Below, piece after piece: positions 54,655 to 64,000 of a DNA stretch of 64,000 nucleotides (positions are counted from its first letter, which is position 1; each line of letters begins with the position of its first letter). The stretch comes from Jejuia sp. (GTDB lineage Bacteria; Bacteroidota; Bacteroidia; Flavobacteriales; Flavobacteriaceae). The notes below the pieces were generated by a model that made no database searches, had not been told where the DNA came from, and saw only the letters and a list, made by a program, of their open reading frames with translations. The stretch lies in NCBI GenBank assembly GCA_049889775.1, contig JBMHCT010000021.1, positions 39,024-103,023 on the forward strand, read 5' to 3'. The translations under genes were made by a program, and so were the position numbers.

Positions 54655-54776
54655 AGCTAAATCTTATTGTTAAAAATACTGTTGATAACAGCACTTCCTT
54701 TCAATTAAAAAGACCCATTGAATCATCAAAAAAGTGTATTTTTGCATTTTCTTAAACATTTGCAAACTAATACATA

Positions 54777-57700
54777 ATGATTCATTTCTTTGGAAACGTA
54801 ACCAGCAAAGTTTTTGCTGTACAAACAACAGAAGAATTATCAACCGAAACCATCTCGAAATTAACGTGGCTTTTTGGAAACCAGCCTAAAATAGAACAAG
54901 CATCATTGGATGCTTTTTTTGTTGGTCCGCGTGCCGCAATGATAACGCCTTGGAGTACCAATGCAGTGGAAATCACGCAAAACATGGGGGTTTCTGGTAT
55001 TATTAGAATTGAAGAGTTTGAAGCAGTTGCTGAAGATTTCAAAGATTTTGACCCAATGATTTCAGAGAAATTTAATGGGTTACACCAAGAATCGTTTACC
55101 ATTGATATTACACCCGATCCTATTATTGATATTGAGGATATTGCGGCATATAATGTGCAAGAAGGACTGTCTTTAAGTGATGAAGAAGTTGCATATTTAG
55201 AAGGCGTTTCAAAAAAGATTGGTCGCCCTATGACAGACTCTGAAGTGTTTGGGTTTTCACAGGTGAATAGTGAGCATTGTCGCCATAAGATATTCAATGG
55301 CACGTTTGTAATTGATGGTGAAGAAAAACCAACTTCTTTATTCAAATTAATAAGAAAAACTTCCGAAGAAAACCCTAATGCTATTGTTTCGGCATATAAA
55401 GACAATGTAGCGTTTATTCAAGGGCCAGTTGTGGAGCAATTTGCTCCTAAACGTGCTGATGTTCCAGATTATTACACGACTCAAGATTTTGAATCTGTGA
55501 TTTCAATTAAAGCAGAAACACATAATTTTCCAACCACAGTAGAGCCATTTAATGGTGCAGCAACAGGTTCAGGAGGTGAAATTAGAGATAGGTTAGCAGG
55601 AGGAAAAGGGTCTATTCCGTTAGCTGGAACTGCTGTTTATATGACCTCATATTCGCGATTAGAGGAAAATCGTCCATGGGAAAAAGCGTTTGAAGAACGT
55701 GATTGGTTATACCAAACCCCAATGGATATTTTAATAAAAGCATCTAACGGTGCTTCAGACTTTGGAAATAAGTTTGGTCAACCTTTAATTTGTGGTTCGG
55801 TACTAACGTTTGAGCATGAAGAAGAGGCTCAAAAACTAGGCTTCGACAAGGTTATCATGCTAGCTGGTGGTATTGGTTATGGCAAAAAAGACCAAGCCTT
55901 AAAAGACACGCCTAAAACGGGAGATAAAATCGTTATTCTCGGTGGTGAAAACTACCGCATTGGCATGGGTGGTGCTGCTGTTTCAAGTGCTGACACTGGT
56001 GAATTTGCATCCGGTATTGAATTAAACGCAGTACAACGTTCCAACCCAGAAATGCAAAAGCGTGCTGCTAATGCGGTTCGTGGTATGGTAGAAAGTGAAG
56101 ACAACTTTATTGTCTCTATTCATGACCATGGTGCTGGTGGACACTTAAACTGTTTATCTGAATTGGTAGAAGATACCGGTGGGAAAATCGATTTAGACGC
56201 ACTTCCTGTTGGTGACCCTACCCTATCAGATAAAGAAATTATTGGTAACGAGTCTCAAGAACGTATGGGATTGGTAATTTCTGAAGAACATATTGATACT
56301 CTAAATAAAATAGCGGATAGAGAACGTTCACCAATGTATACTGTTGGTAATGTAACTGGTGATGATAGATTTACGTTCCAATCTAAAACCAAAGGCAATA
56401 CACCAATGGATTTAGCTATGGAAGATATGTTTGGCAGCTCTCCAAAAACGATTATGACTGACAACACAGTTGAACGCAATTATGCTGAAGTAAGCTATAA
56501 TTCTGATGATTTTTACAACTATCTGGATCAAGTATTACAATTAGAAGCGGTTGCTTGTAAAGACTGGTTAACAAACAAAGTAGATCGTTGTGTTGGTGGA
56601 AAAGTGGCCAAACAACAATGCGTAGGGCCATTACAAATCCCATTAAATAATGTGGGGGTTATAGCTTTGGATTATAAAAGCTCTGAAGGTATTGCCACTT
56701 CTATTGGGCACTCACCGATTTCCGCTTTAATAGATCCTGTGGCCGGCAGTAGAAACTCGATTACAGAGGCATTAACGAATATCATTTGGGCACCTTTGAA
56801 AGAAGGCTTAAAAAATGTGTCGTTGTCAGCCAACTGGATGTGGCCTTGTAAAAACGAAGGTGAAGATGCCAGATTATATGATGCTGTACAAGCAGTTTCA
56901 GAATTCTCTATTGATTTAGGCATCAACGTACCTACTGGAAAGGATTCCCTATCCATGAAACAAAAATACCCGAATGGGGATGTTATTTCTCCAGGTACGG
57001 TAATCATTTCTGCAGGAGCCAACTGTAATGACATTAATAAAGTGGTTGAACCTGTTTTAAAGAAAAACGGAGGCGCTATTTATTATATTAATATTTCGCA
57101 AGATGACTTTAAATTAGGTGGTTCTTCATTTGCTCAAATCGTAAATAAGATTGGAAATGAAGCACCAACAGTTAAAGATGCAGGGTATCTGAAAACCGTT
57201 TTCAATACCATTCAGGATTTGATAAGAAACGCGCAAATAGTTGCAGGTCATGATGTGGCTTCTGGTGGATTAATCACTACCCTATTAGAGTTATGTTTTG
57301 CTGATACTAATGTTGGTGCAGAATTAGACTTATCTGATTTAAATGAAAAAGATTCATTCAAGTTATTATTTGCTGAAAATGCTGGCATTGTAATTCAAGC
57401 CAAAGATAATTCTATTGAAAAGGTACTTTCAGAAGCTAATATCAAATTCAACAAAATTGGTTCGGTAACCGAAAGTGATACACTAAGTATTATTAATGGC
57501 TCTGATGTATTCACCATGACCATATCTAGATTAAGAGATGTATGGTACAAAACATCATTCTTATTAGATCAAAAACAAACCGCAAATGGTTTAGCTGAAG
57601 CCCGCTATAATAATTATAAGAATCAGCCTTTACAATATACCTTCCCAGAAAGCTTTACTGGGAAATTAGAAGATATGGTTTCGACTCCGCTCAACCATCA

Positions 57701-58451
57701 AAGACCTAAAGCTGCTATTCTGCGTGAAAAAGGAAGTAATTCTGAACGCGAAATGGCTAACGCTATGTATTTAGCTGGTTTTGATGTGAAAGATGTGCAC
57801 ATGACCGATTTAATTTCTGGTCGTGAAACCTTAGAAGATATTCAGTTCTTAGGTGCCGTTGGTGGGTTCTCAAACTCTGATGTATTAGGTTCTGCCAAAG
57901 GTTGGGCAGGCGTTATAAAATACAATGAAAAAGCAAGACAGGTTATCAAGAACTTCTTCGCTAGAAAGGATACGCTTTCTGTGGGGATTTGTAATGGTTG
58001 CCAGCTTTGGATGGAATTAGATTTGATTAATCCTGACCATAAAATTCATGGTAGAATGCATCATAATGATTCTCATAAACACGAAAGTTCGTTTACTTCG
58101 GTTAAAATCCAAGAGAACAACTCGGTAATGCTATCCTCATTAGCCGGAAGTACTTTAGGGGTTTGGATTTCCCATGGTGAAGGGAAATTTAATTTACCAT
58201 ATGCTGAAGATAAATATAATATTGTTGCTAAATATGGCTATGAAGGTTATCCTCATAATCCCAATGGCTCAGATTTCAATACTGCCATGATGTGTGATAG
58301 CACTGGACGTCATTTAGTAACTATGCCACATATTGAACGCTCAACTTTCCAATGGAATTGGGCAAACTATCCTGACGGCAGAAAAGACGAAGTATCGCCT
58401 TGGTTAGAAGCTTTTGTGAATGCTAGAAAGTGGGTAGAAGGAGGAAATTAA
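54777..58451 (+). CDS. purL: Phosphoribosylformylglycinamidine synthase (large fused type)
   Basis: NSEHCRHKIF, KAETHNFPT, HDHGAGG, glutaminase GICNGCQ, MPHIER. Confidence 0.97.
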   Translation: MIHFFGNVTSKVFAVQTTEELSTETISKLTWLFGNQPKIEQASLDAFFVGPRAAMITPWSTNAVEITQNMGVSGIIRIEEFEAVAEDFKDFDPMISEKFNGLHQESFTIDITPDPIIDIEDIAAYNVQEGLSLSDEEVAYLEGVSKKIGRPMTDSEVFGFSQVNSEHCRHKIFNGTFVIDGEEKPTSLFKLIRKTSEENPNAIVSAYKDNVAFIQGPVVEQFAPKRADVPDYYTTQDFESVISIKAETHNFPTTVEPFNGAATGSGGEIRDRLAGGKGSIPLAGTAVYMTSYSRLEENRPWEKAFEERDWLYQTPMDILIKASNGASDFGNKFGQPLICGSVLTFEHEEEAQKLGFDKVIMLAGGIGYGKKDQALKDTPKTGDKIVILGGENYRIGMGGAAVSSADTGEFASGIELNAVQRSNPEMQKRAANAVRGMVESEDNFIVSIHDHGAGGHLNCLSELVEDTGGKIDLDALPVGDPTLSDKEIIGNESQERMGLVISEEHIDTLNKIADRERSPMYTVGNVTGDDRFTFQSKTKGNTPMDLAMEDMFGSSPKTIMTDNTVERNYAEVSYNSDDFYNYLDQVLQLEAVACKDWLTNKVDRCVGGKVAKQQCVGPLQIPLNNVGVIALDYKSSEGIATSIGHSPISALIDPVAGSRNSITEALTNIIWAPLKEGLKNVSLSANWMWPCKNEGEDARLYDAVQAVSEFSIDLGINVPTGKDSLSMKQKYPNGDVISPGTVIISAGANCNDINKVVEPVLKKNGGAIYYINISQDDFKLGGSSFAQIVNKIGNEAPTVKDAGYLKTVFNTIQDLIRNAQIVAGHDVASGGLITTLLELCFADTNVGAELDLSDLNEKDSFKLLFAENAGIVIQAKDNSIEKVLSEANIKFNKIGSVTESDTLSIINGSDVFTMTISRLRDVWYKTSFLLDQKQTANGLAEARYNNYKNQPLQYTFPESFTGKLEDMVSTPLNHQRPKAAILREKGSNSEREMANAMYLAGFDVKDVHMTDLISGRETLEDIQFLGAVGGFSNSDVLGSAKGWAGVIKYNEKARQVIKNFFARKDTLSVGICNGCQLWMELDLINPDHKIHGRMHHNDSHKHESSFTSVKIQENNSVMLSSLAGSTLGVWISHGEGKFNLPYAEDKYNIVAKYGYEGYPHNPNGSDFNTAMMCDSTGRHLVTMPHIERSTFQWNWANYPDGRKDEVSPWLEAFVNARKWVEGGN
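57675..57698 (+). repeat. REP-like hairpin in frame inside purL (ATGGTT-TCGACTCCGCTC-AACCAT)
   Basis: Core TTCGACT(C/T)CGCTCA is shared with the REP at 51751; encodes MVSTPLNH. Confidence 0.65.
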
Positions 58452-58480
58452 ATTGTTATCAACTGAATATTGAACCAAAA

Positions 58481-58512
58481 AACCCTAAAACACACTACTG
58501 TATTTTAGGGTT
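58481..58512. terminator. Bidirectional terminator between purL and the MFS gene
   Basis: AACCCTAAAA-loop-TTTTAGGGTT. Confidence 0.7.
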
Positions 58513-58570
58513 TAATAACTGCAAAATAATTACTAAATCACCCAAAAGTATTTAGTTGTTCTTTTAAATT

Positions 58571-59848
58571 TTAAGCAAATTTTAGTTTTTCATCCTTCGC
58601 TTTTAATTTTTTTTGGTTCGCAACCGATGCTTTTACCACAACACGTTTCATTAAAACAGATACTATTAAAGCAATCACAAATAATCCTGCAAATACTTTA
58701 AGAGTGGTATCTAAAGAGCCCGTTGCTGTTTTTACCATATCATAAATTGTTGGTCCTACAACACCTGCCAATCCCCATGCCGCTAGTACCATACCGTGGA
58801 TTGCGCCTAATTGCTTTGTCCCGAACAAATCGCCTAGAAATGCTGGTAGTGTCGCAAAACCGCCGCCATACATGGTTATTACTGTAAATAACACAATTAA
58901 AAACAGAAGTTCCATAGAAATTTGTGGTAAGAAATAGAATGCTAAAATCTGAAATCCGAAGAAAATAATATAAGTATTTGCGCGACCTAAATAATCTGAT
59001 AATGTAGACCACATAATTCTTCCTAAACCGTTAAACACACCTATTAAGCCCACTATTCCTGCTGCTTCCATTGGTGTATAGTTTAACTTTTCTTGCATCA
59101 TAGGACTTGCTGCCGAAATAATGGCAATACCGCAAGCAATGTTGATAAACATCATAATCCAGATATAGTAGAATCGTGGTGTTCTCAAAGATTCATTGGC
59201 TGTAATATTTGCCAAGTCTTTTTTAATCGTTTTACCTTCACCTGGTTTAAAACCTTCTGGTAAATAGCCTTCCGGTGGTCTTTCAATATATCTAGCTGAA
59301 GATAAAATCAACACCATATAAATCAATCCTAAAATGTAAAAGGCATTGGAAACACCAACAGCTTCAAAAAGTGATTGCATTACAGGGCCAAATATTAAGG
59401 CTGCAAAACCAAAGCCCATAATTGCCATTCCTGTTGCTAAACCTCTTCTGTCTGGAAACCATTTTACCAATGTACTTACTGGCGTAATGTAACCTAAGCC
59501 TAAACCGATACCGCCAATAACACCATAGCATAAATAAAATAACCATAAGGATTCTAATTGCACTGCCAAACCAGATCCTAGAATACCGATACCATAAAAT
59601 AAACCTGCGGTTGTTCCACTTACTTTTGGCCCTACTTTTTCTACCCATCTTCCTAGGAATGCTGCTGAAAGTCCTAATAATAAAATCGCAATTTTGAATG
59701 CCCATTTTATAACACTGCCATCTACATCAAAAATATCTTTTACGGGGTTGGTCATTACCGAATACGCATAAACCGATCCGATAGAAATATGAATTCCTAC
59801 AGCTGATGCTGCTATAAGCCAACGGTTTTTTAGTTTTTGTGTTTGCAT
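58571..59848 (-). CDS. OFA-family (oxalate/formate antiporter / monocarboxylate) MFS transporter
   Basis: About 12 TM helices; IGSVYAYS, LVKWFPDRRGLATG, YGGGFATLPA. Likely start MQTQKLKNRW at 59848 (track start 59884 overlaps the pflA stop). Confidence 0.85.
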   Translation of the reverse strand: MQTQKLKNRWLIAASAVGIHISIGSVYAYSVMTNPVKDIFDVDGSVIKWAFKIAILLLGLSAAFLGRWVEKVGPKVSGTTAGLFYGIGILGSGLAVQLESLWLFYLCYGVIGGIGLGLGYITPVSTLVKWFPDRRGLATGMAIMGFGFAALIFGPVMQSLFEAVGVSNAFYILGLIYMVLILSSARYIERPPEGYLPEGFKPGEGKTIKKDLANITANESLRTPRFYYIWIMMFINIACGIAIISAASPMMQEKLNYTPMEAAGIVGLIGVFNGLGRIMWSTLSDYLGRANTYIIFFGFQILAFYFLPQISMELLFLIVLFTVITMYGGGFATLPAFLGDLFGTKQLGAIHGMVLAAWGLAGVVGPTIYDMVKTATGSLDTTLKVFAGLFVIALIVSVLMKRVVVKASVANQKKLKAKDEKLKFA

Positions 59849-59883
59849 AATATTTAATTTAGAATTGCGCCCTTGGCAACCCA

Positions 59884-60636
59884 TTAGTTTACTCTTACTT
59901 CTTTAAAGTACTGCTGCAATACCTCTGTCGCAGCATCTATCTCTTCTTTTGTGTTTTCTCTGGCGTCTTTTAAAGGATAATCCCAACCTAAAGCAGCCCA
60001 TTTATGGACACCCAATTTGTGGTAGGGTTGTAATTCAATCTTTTCAATGGTTTGGTAATCTTTAAAATACTCGCCCATTTGGTGCAATAATTCTGGCTTA
60101 TTAGTAATCTCTGGAATTAATACATACCGCAACCACATGGGTTTACCAGAAGCCTCTCTATACTTTGCAAAATTGAATGTGGTTTGATTATTTTTTTGTC
60201 CGGTTATATACTCGTAACCCTCCTCATTCATATGCTTAATATCTAGCATCACTAAATCGGTATAATCATCCAGCAATTCTTCTGTAAAATGGTTAATGAT
60301 TCTACCATTAGTATCAATATTGGTATGAATACCCTCTTCTTTTAAGCGCTTGAAGAAGGGCATCAATTCTTTGGATTGCAATAAAGGTTCTCCTCCTGAA
60401 ACGGTTACACCTCCCTTTTTTCCAAAGTAAGGCTTCTCTTTTACCGCCATTTGCACCAATTCTTCAATATGATACTCTTTACCACCGTGTGTATCTATGG
60501 TATCAGGGTTGTGGCAATACAGGCATTTTAATTTACAGCCTTGTAAAAACACTACCATGCGTATACCAGGACCATCGTGGGTTCCAAAAGATTCAATGGA
60601 ATGTACTCTTAATATATTGTCTTTATGTTCGATGAT
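59884..60636 (-). CDS. pflA: Pyruvate formate-lyase activating enzyme (start codon non-canonical, exact position uncertain)
   Basis: CKLKCLYC radical-SAM motif, GVTVSGGEP. The conserved HSIESFGTHDGPGIR lies upstream of the first ATG (60558). Confidence 0.9.
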   Translation of the reverse strand: MIEHKDNILRVHSIESFGTHDGPGIRMVVFLQGCKLKCLYCHNPDTIDTHGGKEYHIEELVQMAVKEKPYFGKKGGVTVSGGEPLLQSKELMPFFKRLKEEGIHTNIDTNGRIINHFTEELLDDYTDLVMLDIKHMNEEGYEYITGQKNNQTTFNFAKYREASGKPMWLRYVLIPEITNKPELLHQMGEYFKDYQTIEKIELQPYHKLGVHKWAALGWDYPLKDARENTKEEIDAATEVLQQYFKEVRVN

Positions 60637-60653
60637 GTTCTATCTTAAAATTA

Positions 60654-60697
60654 GCATCTGAAAAAAGAAGGTTTTTACGCTTCAGTTTTCAGATGCC
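60654..60697 (-). terminator. Hairpin between pflB and pflA
   Basis: GCATCTGAAAA...TTTTCAGATGC inverted repeat; could be a partial terminator or an mRNA-stabilising stem. Confidence 0.55.
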
Positions 60698-60721
60698 TAC
60701 AAAATATAAATAGAGTTTAGT

Positions 60722-62947
60722 TTAGATTGACTCGTGGAAAGATCTAGTAATTACCTCCATTTGCTGCTCTCGTGTTAAGCGTACAAAATTAACCGCGTAA
60801 CCAGAAACTCTTATTGTTAATTGCGGATACTCTTCTGGGTGCTCCATAGCATCTAATAATGTTTCTCTATCCAAAACATTAATATTAACATGCTGTGCAC
60901 CTTTGGTGAAATATCCATCTAAAATTGTGGTTAGGTTATCAATACGTTCATCTGCATCAGCACCTAAAGATTTTGGTACAATTGAGAACGTATTAGAAAT
61001 TCCATCCTGAGAATCTTTATAATCGATTTTTGCAACTGAATTTAAAGATGCTATAGCGCCATGACTATCTCTACCATGCATTGGGTTTGCGCCTGGAGCA
61101 AATGGTACTCCTTTAGCTCTACCATCAGGAGTTGCACCCGTTTTCTTGCCGTAAACCACATTTGATGTAATGGTTAATACAGACATTGTTGGTTCTGCAT
61201 TTTTATAAACAGGTAGTTTTTTCAATTCATTATTAAAATCAGCTACAGCATTAGCCGCTAAAATATCTACACGATCATCATCATTTCCGTAGCACGGGAA
61301 CTCACCTTCAATTTTGAAATCAACTGTTAAGCCTTCTTCATTTCTAATAGGTTTCACCTTAGCATATTTTATAGCTGACAAAGAATCTGCTACAATTGAT
61401 AACCCAGCAATACCATAAGCAATGTTGATTTCTGGATTCGTATCAATTAATGCCATTTGCGCTTTCTCATAGTAGTACTTATCATGCATATAGTGAATGA
61501 TGTTCATAGAATCATTGTATACGCGAGCTACTTCTTTCATGGCAATTTTGAAGTTTGCCATTACTTTATCAAAATCTAAAACTTCACAAGTACATGGCTC
61601 AATACCTTCAACCATTTGTGTTCCTGTAATTTCGCATTTCCCACCATTTATAGCTAATAATAATGTTTTAGCTAAATTGGTACGCGCACCAAAGAATTGA
61701 ATCGCCTTTCCTAAAGCTTGGTAAGACACACAACATGCAATACCATAATCATCAGAACCTCTATTAGTTCTCATCATCTCATCATTTTCAAATTGAATTG
61801 AAGAGGTATCAATAGCTACTTTAGAACAGAAATCTTTAAAATTTTGTGGTAATTTTTCAGACCAAAGAATCGTCATGTTTGGTTCTGGTGAAGGCCCCAA
61901 ATTATAAAGTGTATTTAAAAAACGGAATGATGTCTTGGTTACCTTAGTTCTTCCATCGGCAAACATACCACCAATAGCTTCTGTTACCCAAGTTGGGTCG
62001 CCAGCAAAAATTTCATCATAAGCACTCATTCGTAAATGACGTACCATACGTAGCTTCATTACAAACTGATCGATAAACTCTTGTGCTTCTGCCTCAGTAA
62101 TTAAACCTTCTTGCAAATCTTCTTCAATGTAAATATCTAAAAATGTAGACACATTACCTAAAGACATTGCAGCACCATCTTGTTCTTTAACTGCAGCTAG
62201 GTAACCCATGTAGGTCCATTGTACAGCTTCTTTAGCGTTTTCAGCAGGACGACTTAAATCTAAAGCGTATTTAGCACCTAATTCAATAATTTCTTTTAAT
62301 GCTTTAATTTGATCTGAAACCTCCTCACGTAAACGAATAACTGCATCTGTCATTGGTCCGCCAATATTGGCTAAATCTTTCTTTTTAGCCTCAATTAAAG
62401 TATCAATACCATAAAGAGCAACACGTCGGTAATCCCCAATTACTCTACCACGAGCATAGTTATCTGGTAAACCTGTTAAAAATCCTAAAGAACGGAACTT
62501 TCTAATTTCTGCATTATAGGCCGAAAATACACCATCATTATGCGTTTTCACATATTTAGAAAACAACTCCGTCAAGCTATCATTTGGCTTTAAACCGTGT
62601 TCTGCCAAAGCTTTTTGTACCACTTTAAAACCACCAAAGGGTTTCATGGTGCGCTTTAAAAGCTCGTCTGTCTGTAAACCTACAATAACCTCATTTTCTT
62701 TATCAATATATCCAGCATTAAATGCCGAAACTGTAGAAATGGTATCAGTATCTAATGCTCTGACGCCATTATTTTGACGCTCTTCCTTGGTAGCCTCTTT
62801 ACAGATATCCCATAATTTTTGGGTCTTAGCCGTTGGTCCTTCCAAAAATTTATACGTTCCATGATAAGGGGTAATGTTGTTGCTAACAAAATCTCTAACA
62901 TCAATCTTATCAATCCAAATTCCGGGTTTAAATTGTTTCACTTCCAT
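60722..62947 (-). CDS. pflB: Pyruvate formate-lyase (formate C-acetyltransferase)
   Basis: [17 protein letters not shown], catalytic IACCVS, glycyl-radical motif TIRVSGYAV. Confidence 0.96.
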   Translation of the reverse strand: MEVKQFKPGIWIDKIDVRDFVSNNITPYHGTYKFLEGPTAKTQKLWDICKEATKEERQNNGVRALDTDTISTVSAFNAGYIDKENEVIVGLQTDELLKRTMKPFGGFKVVQKALAEHGLKPNDSLTELFSKYVKTHNDGVFSAYNAEIRKFRSLGFLTGLPDNYARGRVIGDYRRVALYGIDTLIEAKKKDLANIGGPMTDAVIRLREEVSDQIKALKEIIELGAKYALDLSRPAENAKEAVQWTYMGYLAAVKEQDGAAMSLGNVSTFLDIYIEEDLQEGLITEAEAQEFIDQFVMKLRMVRHLRMSAYDEIFAGDPTWVTEAIGGMFADGRTKVTKTSFRFLNTLYNLGPSPEPNMTILWSEKLPQNFKDFCSKVAIDTSSIQFENDEMMRTNRGSDDYGIACCVSYQALGKAIQFFGARTNLAKTLLLAINGGKCEITGTQMVEGIEPCTCEVLDFDKVMANFKIAMKEVARVYNDSMNIIHYMHDKYYYEKAQMALIDTNPEINIAYGIAGLSIVADSLSAIKYAKVKPIRNEEGLTVDFKIEGEFPCYGNDDDRVDILAANAVADFNNELKKLPVYKNAEPTMSVLTITSNVVYGKKTGATPDGRAKGVPFAPGANPMHGRDSHGAIASLNSVAKIDYKDSQDGISNTFSIVPKSLGADADERIDNLTTILDGYFTKGAQHVNINVLDRETLLDAMEHPEEYPQLTIRVSGYAVNFVRLTREQQMEVITRSFHESI

Positions 62948-62997
62948 CTCTATTTGTATTTATATTTTGTAATTTAAAATGTCATTATTTGACAATT

Positions 62998-63041
62998 CAA
63001 AGGTAGAACCCCTTTACGTCTTAAATTATGACATATGTCAT
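62998..63041 (-). promoter_or_regulatory. pflB promoter: -7 TACCTTTG (62998-63005) and upstream palindrome ATGACATATGTCAT (63028-63041)
   Basis: Perfect 14-bp palindrome roughly 41-43 bp upstream of the inferred start site. Confidence 0.6.
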
Positions 63042-63295
63042 TAAACCATTTAAAAAGAGAGATTTGATAATTTGTAAAACACGAATTAGAAACTTATACT
63101 AAATGATATATGTTTTTGAATCTTATTTAATTTTCATTAAAAAAAGCGTTAAAAATTTGATAATTTCAAAATGAAAGGCGATTAATTTTTATAATTTAAT
63201 CTAAAATTGTAAACTCTTTATGACTTTGAAGGTTTTAAACCATTTGGAAATCCTTTTTATTTTCATAATTTGCATCAATACATTTTATATCGCTA

Positions 63296-64000
63296 ATGAA
63301 AGAGATAACACGACTTTTTGACTTCCCATATTATCAATTAGAACATAAGCCAAATAAAGCTGCTTTAGTAACTAAATACAATGGAAAATGGGTAAAAACC
63401 TCTACGCAAGAATATGTAGATAAAGCTAATGCGCTAAGTAGAGCCTTATTAAAATTGGGTGTTAAAAAGAATGATAAGATTGCTGTTATTTCTACCACAA
63501 ATAGGACAGAATGGAATATTGTGGATATTGGTGTGCTACAACTAGGTGCCCAAAACATCCCCATTTATCCCACAATTTCTCCCGAAGATTATGAATATGT
63601 AATAAATCATAGTGAATCTATTTATTGTTTTGTTTCTGATGAAGAAGTGCTTGAAAAAGTAAATAAGATAAAGGCGAACACGGGTATTAAGGAAGTATAC
63701 TCTTTTGATCATATTGATGGATGTAAACATTATTCTGAGTTATTGGAACTTGGTGCAGATACAGAGAACCAAGAAGATGTTGAAGTAAGAAAAGATGAAG
63801 TTACTGCTGATGATTTGGCTACAATAATATACACCTCTGGCACTACGGGAAAACCAAAAGGTGTGATGCTTACACATTGGAACATTACCAGTAATGTTTT
63901 GGATAGTGCAGAAAGAGTACCATTACGCACAGGAGAAACCAAAATATTAAGCTTTCTTCCTATTTGTCATGTTTTTGAACGCGTATTGATTTATATCTAT
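63296..64000 (+). CDS. Long-chain fatty acid--CoA ligase (3'-truncated; absent from the ORF track)
   Basis: Manual translation MKEITRLFDFPYYQL...DLATIIYTSGTTGKPKGVMLTH...SFLPICHVFER; AMP-binding motif. Confidence 0.92.
   Translation, partial: MKEITRLFDFPYYQLEHKPNKAALVTKYNGKWVKTSTQEYVDKANALSRALLKLGVKKNDKIAVISTTNRTEWNIVDIGVLQLGAQNIPIYPTISPEDYEYVINHSESIYCFVSDEEVLEKVNKIKANTGIKEVYSFDHIDGCKHYSELLELGADTENQEDVEVRKDEVTADDLATIIYTSGTTGKPKGVMLTHWNITSNVLDSAERVPLRTGETKILSFLPICHVFERVLIYIY

Noticed and set aside
54782-55405. 207-aa antisense ORF inside purL
   Set aside because: Shadow ORF on the codon-register complement of a conserved gene. The same applies to the many 60-130 aa antisense or overlapping ORFs in the track.
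63157-63170. FNR-like box TTGATAATTTCAAA
   Set aside because: Half-site spacing is off by one from TTGAT-N4-ATCAA, and it lies in very AT-rich DNA far from the pflB -7 element.
1-64000. rRNA, tRNA, riboswitch or prophage genes
   Set aside because: None recognisable by eye. Any cobalamin riboswitch for the first operon would lie upstream of the window. A tRNAscan/Infernal run would be needed to exclude them formally.

Overview
A 64-kb chromosomal window from a Flavobacteriaceae-like member of the Bacteroidota. This assignment rests on T9SS C-terminal domains, TAnnTTTG -7 promoter elements and type-B L31. The housekeeping backbone is an iron/B12-type ABC transporter, rmuC, carB, rpmH, mtaB, rpmE2, a phospho-sugar mutase, an MsbA-like exporter, an RsmB/NOP methyltransferase, purL, pflB/pflA with an OFA-type MFS transporter, and a truncated acyl-CoA ligase. 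Accessory blocks interrupt it: (i) satD-DUF3307 behind three tandem palindromic operators; (ii) two T9SS cargo genes; (iii) a serpin and two ECF sigma/anti-sigma/Spy-like triplets, the second heading a YHYH/EF-hand/MORN/SCO cluster whose genes share a four-copy promoter motif; (iv) a four-sulfatase plus glycoside hydrolase operon. The most unusual feature is non-coding. Two direct copies of a ~200-bp 'promoter + attC-like hairpin' platform (41729 and 51314) flank the sulfatase operon. Each is split at exactly the same base by a different insert: one an integron-like gene cassette, the other an ORF-less palindromic cassette. No integrase is present in the window. Several REP/MITE-like repeat families are dispersed through the window, some translated inside mtaB, purL and the SCO gene. 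No rRNA, tRNA, CRISPR array or transposase was recognised. All product calls come from motif recognition by eye; no database searches were run.
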